Below are positions 1-7,995 of a stretch of 64,000 nucleotides of DNA, one piece after another. The position numbers were made by a program, and so were the translations under genes. Within the stretch, counting starts at the first letter, position 1, and each line of letters begins with the position of its first letter. Source of the DNA: Candidatus Zhuqueibacterota bacterium (GTDB lineage Bacteria; Zhuqueibacterota; Zhuqueibacteria; Thermofontimicrobiales; Thermofontimicrobiaceae); the NCBI GenBank assembly GCA_049322915.1, contig JBMOPW010000034.1, forward strand, positions 456,567-520,566, given 5' to 3'. The notes under the pieces were generated by a model, which ran no database searches, had not been told where the DNA came from, and was given only the letters and a program-made list of their open reading frames with translations.

Positions 1-100
1 TTCGGCTACCAAGGCAACGAAATTCGAGTGGCATCAGTTATCGAACATCTCGCGACAAAGCCGCCGGCTTAACTTCACAGTTTCGTTTTCAACCGGCCAA

Positions 101-129
101 TAAAAAAAGCAGGTAAGGGCTACCTGCTT
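101..129 (-). terminator. Rho-independent terminator of the MBL-fold secreted protein gene
   Basis: Stem aagcaggta(107-115)/tacctgctt(121-129) followed by a T-run on the minus strand, 60 nt past the stop codon. Confidence 0.75.
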
Positions 130-188
130 GTTCGTGATCCCGGGAATTAGCGCCGTTCATGTTCGTCTGTTGCAACTCAGCCCCGGCG

Positions 189-2267
189 TTACTTCAGCAC
201 CAACAGCTTTTTTGTTTGAATAAAATCGCCAGCCTCCAGCGTGTACAGATAGACGCCGCTGGGCCAATGCATGGCGTCCAGGCTCACCTGATAGTCGCCC
301 GGGAATTGAAATTCACGTACCAGAACGAATAATTTTTCGCCCAGAATATTAAAAACAGTCACCGTCACCGGCGCGCCCTCAGCAATGGAATATCGAATCT
401 GCGTCCGGGCATTAAACGGATTGGGGTAATTCTGAAGCAGCCGGCAGACAGACACGCGGTGCGCGTCATCTTCGCTCAAAATGACATCGGTGCTCGTCCC
501 GAACCATGCGAGAATATTTTGCAGTAATGCATTCGCACTGTTCTCCTGGGGACCGGCAATGCCTTCAAATCCGAAAGCGAGATAGACAAGACGCCCCCCG
601 GCAGCGCCATACTCCGCACAAATCCCGGCGCATTTGAATCCAGGGATATAATTCAAGATCGTCGTTGCCGGGGCTATGGGTGTAATGACATCCGGCGAGT
701 TCTGGTTATCCGCGCAGTCGTACGGGCCGGTCAAATTGACGAACAGGCCATTGGTCATGGGATGGCCGCGCGTTCCCATCGTCATGGTGGCTGTGGCGCT
801 GTCGCTGAGAAAATGAGAGCAAAGGAAATTCGAAAAAAAAAGGCTGTCGCCTGGCGCTCCATCGGCGCACAGATCGTAACCGATGTTTTGTCCGGTCAGC
901 AACAAATGGCCTCCTGCCATGAGATACTCCGAAACGACGGTCTGTTCCGCCGCGGTCAGCGACGTCTCCCTGTCGTAGCCCGTAAACCAGATCACGGATT
1001 CATAGCCCAGCAAATCAGCAAGAGCCGGGCAGCCGCGCACGTTCGCATCCCAGTGGTCGGCGAATAGATGCCGGGTGTAATAGTGCTCGTACAGAGAGCC
1101 GCAATCGTCATCAACGAGCAGCGTGGTTGCGCTGCCAATGACGACCTGAAACTGATCCGTGCACTCGAAAATGCCATCAGCCGTGATATGTACGCCAAAA
1201 GTGGCCTCATGCGTTTTACAATCCACTCCGACCGAGACCATGAATGGTTCCTCTGTGTTCGATTTCAGATCGCCGCTGGCCATCGCCCCTATCCAGCAGG
1301 TCGATTGCAGAATAACGACGTCACTGTCGGAACTGACCAGCGTCGCAGTGACCTGGTCGGCTGGCAGGCTGATATTTTTCAGCGTCACCACAAGCTGAAC
1401 CGTTTCCCCGGCGTCTGCCTGACCATTGCCGTTTCCTCCACTGTCGTTCAAATTATAGTTTTCATACCAGATGTCCGGCCTCTTGAGCGGGACATACGGC
1501 GCCGGCGTCAATCCGATGACTTTAATGGGCGTCACTGTATCCGACGCAGCCAGGAAATAGGTCGCTTCGGCCCGGCTTTCGATATCATAATGCTTATCCG
1601 GGGACTGGCCAACCGTCTGAAGGTACGAGAAAAAGCTCGTCCGCATCTGAGGCGTCCAGTAGTGCATGGGAATGACGCGCCTGGGCTTGATCAGATGAAT
1701 GAATTTTTCTGCGGCCATGATGAGATTTTCCTGGGATTCAATCGTCAGAAACAGAAGATCGATGCCCATTGGAAAATTGCTCAGCACCTCGTTCTTCACC
1801 TCTTCAATGTCCAGATTCGCCATGGTCGCGCCGGCGTCTCCCAGATGACATATCGTCAAATCTCTGTATCGGAAGAAATAGCTGCCGTTTCCCTTCACAG
1901 AAATCAATGACTCGCTGGTTAGCACCGAAGCGATATGAATCCCTTCGATGTCCAGGCTATCCGTCATCAGAAGGACATGCTCGACATCGTACGGAATCGT
2001 CCGGCCAAAGTGATCGGTGTGTGTGTGCGAATAGGTGACCACATCCGGATACAAATGGCCGATGTCATAAATAGGGCTGGGATAGCCATAGGAGTTGGAT
2101 TCTCCGTAATCGCATAAAATTCTGACGCCGTTATCGAATTCCAAAGCAAAGCAGGAGTGGCCTAAATAATGGATCTGCACTTCGCCCTCTGCGGCATCTG
2201 AAAAGTGGGGATGGAGCATGATTGCTCCGAAAATGATCCCAATGAAATATTGACGCAATCGCTTCAT
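189..2267 (-). CDS. Secreted MBL-fold metallo-hydrolase with Ig-like/accessory domains and C-terminal FlgD-Ig/T9SS-type sorting-like domain
   Basis: Signal peptide; LGHSCF, SHTHTDH (HxHxDH), HLGD and PMHY motifs; C-terminus LLQNYPNPFN...SGVYLYTLEAG...KLLVLK; ATG 2267 follows a GGAGG RBS. Confidence 0.8.
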   Translation of the reverse strand: MKRLRQYFIGIIFGAIMLHPHFSDAAEGEVQIHYLGHSCFALEFDNGVRILCDYGESNSYGYPSPIYDIGHLYPDVVTYSHTHTDHFGRTIPYDVEHVLLMTDSLDIEGIHIASVLTSESLISVKGNGSYFFRYRDLTICHLGDAGATMANLDIEEVKNEVLSNFPMGIDLLFLTIESQENLIMAAEKFIHLIKPRRVIPMHYWTPQMRTSFFSYLQTVGQSPDKHYDIESRAEATYFLAASDTVTPIKVIGLTPAPYVPLKRPDIWYENYNLNDSGGNGNGQADAGETVQLVVTLKNISLPADQVTATLVSSDSDVVILQSTCWIGAMASGDLKSNTEEPFMVSVGVDCKTHEATFGVHITADGIFECTDQFQVVIGSATTLLVDDDCGSLYEHYYTRHLFADHWDANVRGCPALADLLGYESVIWFTGYDRETSLTAAEQTVVSEYLMAGGHLLLTGQNIGYDLCADGAPGDSLFFSNFLCSHFLSDSATATMTMGTRGHPMTNGLFVNLTGPYDCADNQNSPDVITPIAPATTILNYIPGFKCAGICAEYGAAGGRLVYLAFGFEGIAGPQENSANALLQNILAWFGTSTDVILSEDDAHRVSVCRLLQNYPNPFNARTQIRYSIAEGAPVTVTVFNILGEKLFVLVREFQFPGDYQVSLDAMHWPSGVYLYTLEAGDFIQTKKLLVLK

Positions 2268-2520
2268 TGTTATTCCTCCCAAAGTGTGTGTGAATTGAAC
2301 TGCACCTCTCTTGTCGGCCCTGTCATGCGGCTGAAACCAGGGGCAGATTGATGATGTTGTTGATAAATCCTATTTCTCGAAAATTTATATTGTGTAAGTC
2401 CAATATTTAAGTTATGAAAATTGTAAAAAAGGGACTAAATCAACTACATCATTGATGCCAGTTCTGGCAATACGCATTTCGTGGGCGCGTGAATTCCGTT
2501 CATCAGCAAGCCTAACGTAC

Positions 2521-2563
2521 AAAACCGAACTGTCAAAATCGACCGGGTTTAGAAAATCGGACG
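2521..2563. promoter_or_regulatory. Three imperfect direct repeats (aaaa[c/t]cg-a-c), candidate binding site of the neighbouring AraC regulator
   Basis: aaaaccgaac 2521-2530, aaaatcgacc 2535-2544, aaaatcggac 2553-2562, upstream of the MBL gene and downstream of the AraC gene. Confidence 0.35.
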
Positions 2564-2730
2564 TTTTTTTCTCACCTAAATTGAGCGAACAGCATTCAGC
2601 CATTAGCGCGCATAAAAGAAATAAAGAGAAACATAGGCAGTATCTCACCGATTCAATAACTGTCCGAAAACTGATGATTTCAACCCATTGTCATTCTGAG
2701 CGCCCACCCGCCACTGCAGAGCGTGAAGCG

Positions 2731-2906
2731 TAGTACACCATTTCATAAATTTTTTAGGGTTTGAAAATTTTAAAAACTGCATTCATAGAATGCTGTCATA
2801 GCCCCATGTTTTTAGCGCGAATCCATTTTGTGAATGCCCGATAGTCCCGCAAATGCGGGACAAGCGTGACAACCAACCCTAAAAGATATTGTGGAACGCA
2901 GTACTA
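2731..2906. mobile_element. MITE-like element with ~31-bp imperfect terminal inverted repeats
   Basis: Left tagtacaccatttcataaattttttagggtt vs reverse complement of right end tagtactgcgttccacaatatcttttagggtt; internal hairpin gtcccgc-aaat-gcgggac. Confidence 0.6.
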
Positions 2907-3121
2907 AGCAGGTCTTTTCTCTGCGTCCTTCGCGGCCTCTGTGTTTCATCTGATTTGTTAATATCCCCCCAACTTATAGGCAAGGCTTAGCTTAAATGGA
3001 GAGGGATAACCGATGTTCACCTTCTTGACCTAAGGGTAAGAACGGTTTTAGGGGACGATGTCTGATGGGATGAAGCTTGAAAATATCAACCCCATAGCTA
3101 ATTCAAGTGTTTTCGGATTGG

Positions 3122-4273
3122 CTAATTCATGGATTGGGGATGGATTGCCCTTCGAAATTCTTTGGGAGTCTTGCCGGTCGTTTTTTTGAAGACGTCGTTG
3201 AAGGTCGATTTTGAGTTGAAGCCGGTCTCGTACAGGATTTCCAGGATGGTCTTTCGGTTATTTTGGGGATCGATCAATTTTTGCTTCACTTCCTGGATTC
3301 TGTAGCTGTTGATGAAGTTGAAAAAATTTTGCTGGAACGAGTAGTTAATCACCTGCGACAATTTCCAGACAGGAATTGCTAACTGTTCGGACAAATCGTC
3401 GATGGTCAATCCCGGCTCCAGGTAGGGCTTTTGAGAATCCATGTAGGCGACGAGTTGCGCCGTGTACGTTTGAATGTCAGATAGCGGCAGATGGGAATTC
3501 AGATACTTCTCGCCGGAATCCACCCCGGCGATAATTTTCAGTTGACTGAGTCCGTGCAGGATCAGCGCGGTTGTGAAGGCTAAAAATATGGAAATGGAAT
3601 ACAGATCAACGAGGGCCGTGAGTCGCGTTGCATCAGGTAAAAACAATCCCACCAGAGCGCGATAGACCACAAAGAGCCAGTGCAATGAGATCAACGCCAC
3701 CAGTCCATAGAGCCAGTTCAGATGATATCGGTCCAGAGACGACTGGCTGCTCCGGAGCCGATGTCGGTAACGTAACACGATATGCAGCAGCGAGATAATG
3801 TACAGAAGGATCTGAATGAAATTGGTTGTCCAGAAAATCCTGTTGTGCTGCGCGATGAAGATTTGGTGAATCACGCTGGTCTCAGGGACTGACTGACTTT
3901 TCAGAATATGGACGGAGATGGATGAATAAACGGTGAACAGGAGGAACAGCACACCGTGGCTGAGATGCCGCGGGCGAAAAGCAAAATCTTTGAAACAGAA
4001 AGTCCGAAAATAAAAGAAGACCAGAGGCGCCAGCAGAAAAAAAAGGGATTTGCTGATGTGATAAGGATACATGAGCTGCTCCGCCGGGAGAATATCCCAG
4101 CCGAACAGGAGCCAGCGAATGATCAGCAGCGCTTTCACAGCGAGAAAAGCGACCAGGAGATTGCGGCTCAGCCGATTTCGCGTTTCCTGATGCAGCAGCA
4201 CGCTGGCCAGCAGGATGAGCTGAAAGCCTGTCATGGTAAGAACAATTTGAGTGAGCACAGTGATAGTTTTCAT
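3122..4273 (-). CDS. Membrane-anchored AraC-family transcriptional regulator
   Basis: About 7 hydrophobic segments, then an AraC HTH (YLEPGLTIDDLS...LSQVIN...NFFNFINSYRI...ETGFNSKSTFN..FKK.TGKTPKEFR); alternative TTG start at 4285. Confidence 0.9.
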   Translation of the reverse strand: MKTITVLTQIVLTMTGFQLILLASVLLHQETRNRLSRNLLVAFLAVKALLIIRWLLFGWDILPAEQLMYPYHISKSLFFLLAPLVFFYFRTFCFKDFAFRPRHLSHGVLFLLFTVYSSISVHILKSQSVPETSVIHQIFIAQHNRIFWTTNFIQILLYIISLLHIVLRYRHRLRSSQSSLDRYHLNWLYGLVALISLHWLFVVYRALVGLFLPDATRLTALVDLYSISIFLAFTTALILHGLSQLKIIAGVDSGEKYLNSHLPLSDIQTYTAQLVAYMDSQKPYLEPGLTIDDLSEQLAIPVWKLSQVINYSFQQNFFNFINSYRIQEVKQKLIDPQNNRKTILEILYETGFNSKSTFNDVFKKTTGKTPKEFRRAIHPQSMN

Positions 4274-4721
4274 GGCCGGTTCCAACCTCTCCTTGTTAAA
4301 AAAGTCACGTATTTTTTATGCAGGATTTTTTCATTAGTTTCAATTTTCGAAAAAAATTATGTGGCATTCATTCCAAAGATGTGCTAAATTTTCACGTGGT
4401 CCGAAATTTTTTGGGAACAAAAAACCCAAACGTTCATTAATAATTCTGAATCATGAGGCGTGCGATAAAAGCTATTCCGCAGGGACTGCCGGTTCGCGTA
4501 CAGGGAAAGCGGCATTTGATACATTGGGTATAATATTTCCACGTCATAAATGAAGTGGCAATTCAATTGAAAAATTAAGATAACTTGAATAGCCCCGACT
4601 TTTAAATCGGGGAACAAAAATTTAGCTAATAATTTTTTCTTTGTGTCTTAGAGATTTCGTGGCCGAATCGTTACATATAAACAAGTCTACCTTGTTGACT
4701 AAATTACATTGGAGGTATGGT

Positions 4722-4835
4722 ATGGCAAAAAGTAAAGACAAAGGCAAAGGTAAAGAAGGCGAAAAGAAGAAACCGCAAAAGAGCCTTAAGGAAAAGCGGA
4801 AAGAGAAAAAAGAAAAAGGCATGAAGGCAGAATAA
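4722..4835 (+). CDS. 37-aa Lys-rich small basic protein (MAKSKDKGKGKEGEKKKPQKSLKEKRKEKKEKGMKAE)
   Basis: GGAGG at 4711-4715, 6 nt before ATG 4722; strongly biased K/E composition. Confidence 0.65.
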   Translation: MAKSKDKGKGKEGEKKKPQKSLKEKRKEKKEKGMKAE

Positions 4836-5145
4836 AATGCAAGGGGCAGTGTCAAGTCCACTGACCCGGTGTAGCCGCCGGTTCGATTTCAAAGAGAAAT
4901 CAACGCGCGTGAGAGTTGCCCTTGTGCACAGCGAAACGCATTCACTCGGACTGACGGCTACACAATCTCTTTCCCATCACCTCTATCAAAAACCGATTTT
5001 CCTTCGCATCATCATCGCAGCCTCAGGCAAGCGATACATCTTTCATCAAAATGTCACCGTAAAAATATCGGTTGTTTTTATGACATGCATCGTGTATATT
5101 CAACGATCTTAATTTCATGTAAAATACACTCATTCAGGTAACTCC

Positions 5146-7086
5146 ATGTTGAATATAGATACATACAAAAAAAATGGTTTATTCTCCGGCGAGCTTAGCA
5201 GGAAATCATACCAGTCATTGATCAATGAAAACGCCACGCTCCGTTCGATCATCGAAACCCTGGAAGAGGGCGTTGTTGTCTCGGATCGGACCGGCCATCT
5301 GGTATTTTTCAATGACGAGGCGCGCACGACGCTGGGCATTGGACTGCAGAACATTGCCATGGACGAATGGTCCAGCGTCTACGGGACTTATTACCCGGAT
5401 AAAAAGACGCCTTTTCCTTCCGAAAATCTGCCTTTAGCCCGCGCCCTGCAAGGCGACGATGTGCGCAGTGAACTCATTTTCATCAAAAATGCACTTCGCA
5501 GAGACGGTGTTTTCATCGAAGTTTCGGCGTACCCACTGTACGATGATGCTGGCGAGACCATCGGCGGCGTCGCTATCATCCGCGATGTAACCAGTCTGAA
5601 AGAAGCGGAGATCGCCAGGAAGCAGAGCGAAGACAGGGTGAAAGCGCAATTCAAAGGCTTTCCCATCCCCACCTATGTCTGGCAGTCCGCCAATGATGAT
5701 TTTATTTTGATCGATTACAACGTCGCCGCCGACCAGTTCACCAGCGGCCAGGTGAAGAAATTCATCGGCAGGAAGTCCAGCGAGATTTTTGCCGATACGC
5801 CGGACGTGATGTCGGATTTTAAAAAGTCCTTCAGCGAGAAAAAGACTGTGCGCCGTGAAATGTCATCGTATCGGCTGCGCACCACCAATGAAAACAAGGA
5901 AATGGTGTTCAACTACGTGTTCGTGCCGCCCAATCTGGTCGTGCAGTTCACTGAAGACATCACCGAGCAGAAAATCGCTGAAAAAGAACTGCTCAAATTA
6001 TCCAAAGCCATTGAGCAAACCGCGGATACCGTCATCATTACAAATAAAGACGGTTTCATCGAGTATGTGAATTCGGCGTTTGAAATCACCACCGGCTACA
6101 GTTGCGCAGAGGCAATTGGGAAGACGCCGCGGCTGTTACAATCCGGCATGCACGATAAAAATTTTTACAAAAATATCTGGCAGACCATTCTCAGCAACAA
6201 CCACTACAAGGGCACCATCATCAATCGAAAGAAGAACGGCGAGCTGTACTGGAGCGACCAGACCATCACTCCGATGAAAGACGACAATGGCAATATCACG
6301 CATTTCGTGTCTGTGCTGAAGGATATTACGGAGTTGCGGAAGAAGCAGGAGCAGGAATTTCAGTTGTCCATTGCCCGGGAAATCCAGCAAAAATTATTCA
6401 GGACAAAAATTCACGTGCCGGGATTTGATATTGCCGGCGCCACCTATCCTGCGGTCGAGACGAGCGGTGATTATTTTGACTTCATCACGTTGCCGGGCGG
6501 GCAATGCATTTTTATCGTCGCGGATGTGAGCGGGCACGGCATCGGTTCCGCGCTCATCATGACGGAGACGCGGGCCTTTCTCCGCGCATTCCTGAAAATC
6601 GAATCCGATCCCGGCATTCTGCTCACATGGCTGAATCGCGAACTGTTCGCGGATCTGGACATGGAGCGCTACGTGACGCTGGTATTGGCCAAAATTGATC
6701 CGGAGAATAAAACGCTGGAATATGCCAGCGCCGGCCATCCCACTTCCTACATCATGAACAAAAATGGCGACGTGGCGCACGAGTTGAAGAGCACCGGCAT
6801 TCCGTTGGGAATTATTCAGAATGCCCGCTACCGCACCGAGGAGACGATTCAAATGGCGGCCGGTGATTTGGCGGTGTTCCTGACCGATGGCATTGTGGAG
6901 GCGCATGGCCAGGACAATGAGGAATTCGGCGTTGACCGGACATTGACTCACATTCGGACGAACAGTCATCGTTCGGCCAGGGAAATCATCGAGGTGTTGT
7001 ACTCCAGCGTGCTTCAATTCACCAAAAATCAGACTCAGGAGGATGACATCACATCCATCATCTGCAAGGTTGAATCGGAAAAGTAA
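5146..7086 (+). CDS. Multi-PAS sensor with C-terminal PP2C/SpoIIE (RsbU-like) phosphatase
   Basis: Three PAS/PAC-like segments (ending IRDVT, EDITE, KDITE); PP2C motifs SGDYFD, ADVSGHG, SAGHP, LTDGIVEA, EDDIT. Confidence 0.92.
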   Translation: MLNIDTYKKNGLFSGELSRKSYQSLINENATLRSIIETLEEGVVVSDRTGHLVFFNDEARTTLGIGLQNIAMDEWSSVYGTYYPDKKTPFPSENLPLARALQGDDVRSELIFIKNALRRDGVFIEVSAYPLYDDAGETIGGVAIIRDVTSLKEAEIARKQSEDRVKAQFKGFPIPTYVWQSANDDFILIDYNVAADQFTSGQVKKFIGRKSSEIFADTPDVMSDFKKSFSEKKTVRREMSSYRLRTTNENKEMVFNYVFVPPNLVVQFTEDITEQKIAEKELLKLSKAIEQTADTVIITNKDGFIEYVNSAFEITTGYSCAEAIGKTPRLLQSGMHDKNFYKNIWQTILSNNHYKGTIINRKKNGELYWSDQTITPMKDDNGNITHFVSVLKDITELRKKQEQEFQLSIAREIQQKLFRTKIHVPGFDIAGATYPAVETSGDYFDFITLPGGQCIFIVADVSGHGIGSALIMTETRAFLRAFLKIESDPGILLTWLNRELFADLDMERYVTLVLAKIDPENKTLEYASAGHPTSYIMNKNGDVAHELKSTGIPLGIIQNARYRTEETIQMAAGDLAVFLTDGIVEAHGQDNEEFGVDRTLTHIRTNSHRSAREIIEVLYSSVLQFTKNQTQEDDITSIICKVESEK

Positions 7087-7214
7087 CCCGGCGGGACGTG
7101 CCATTGCCCCGAAGCGAGTCGACCCATCGCGCCGTAAACTTGCGCGACAAATCTGTTTTCAATGCTGCCTGAATTTCTAACCTGAATTATTCATAAAATT
7201 AGATAAAACTGTCG

Positions 7215-7798
7215 GTAACCGATCACAGGGTGGTTAAGAATGACAGGATAGCAGGATGTTTGGGATAGACAGGATTAATTAACTTTAGCTCGTTATCATG
7301 TTAATCAAAACATAATCGTGTAAATCACAGGAGGCTGCGTAATGGAACTTGCAAGCTTGACTGAAAAAATTATTGGCTGTGCTTACAACGTATATAACAT
7401 GTTAGGATTTGGTTTTTTAGAGTCTGTTTATGAAAATGCCCTGACAATTGAATTAAAAACAATGGGATTTGCTGTAGAAAGACAAAAACCCATAAAGGTT
7501 TATTATGAAGGAGTAGTCGTCGGCAATTTTAAAGCGGATATCATTGTCGACGAGCTGATCATCATTGAATTGAAATCCGTAGAAAAAATAGTAAAGGAGT
7601 TTGAAGTCCAGTTGGTGAATTATCTAACGGCCACTATCAAACCAGTAGGCTTATTGCTGAATTTCTCTCCACATAAGGTAGAAGTAAAAAGAAAGGTGAG
7701 GATATTACCGGATAGAGAATAATCCAGTAAATCATTATCATCCTGTTATCCTGTCCAAAGTAAACAAATACAACTTTTGATCCCCTGTGATCAATTAC
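7215..7798. mobile_element. Non-autonomous IS-like element (TIRs + 8-bp TSD) carrying a GxxExxY gene
   Basis: TIRs gtaaccgatcacaggg (7215-7230) and ccctgtgatcaattac (7783-7798), 14/16 match; identical flanking 8-mer aactgtcg at 7207-7214 and 7799-7806; AT-rich interior. Confidence 0.8.
7342..7722 (+). CDS. GxxExxY protein (PD-(D/E)XK nuclease superfamily, PDDEXK_3)
   Basis: GFLESVY motif; ADIIV...IIELKS catalytic-type motif; QLVNYL; GLLLNF; GGAGG RBS. Confidence 0.93.
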   Translation: MELASLTEKIIGCAYNVYNMLGFGFLESVYENALTIELKTMGFAVERQKPIKVYYEGVVVGNFKADIIVDELIIIELKSVEKIVKEFEVQLVNYLTATIKPVGLLLNFSPHKVEVKRKVRILPDRE

Positions 7799-7995
7799 AA
7801 CTGTCGTTGAGTTTTTTTCTTTCTAATTGTTCAGATGAAATGCAAAATCAAACTTAGTTTTATCTGCTTAATTGAAAATCATGTACCATTCAGGTTATCC
7901 CGCTTCCTTCAGAAAAACAATGAATAATGCGGGCTAAATTATATTCTGTAATTTTTTCAGGACAAGACAATCGGCGCGTCCCATTGGCCATCATC

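Noticed and set aside
4590..4620. ccccga-cttttaaa-tcgggg hairpin as a mobile-element end
   Set aside because: Single short hairpin; cannot be told apart from a terminator or REP without genome context
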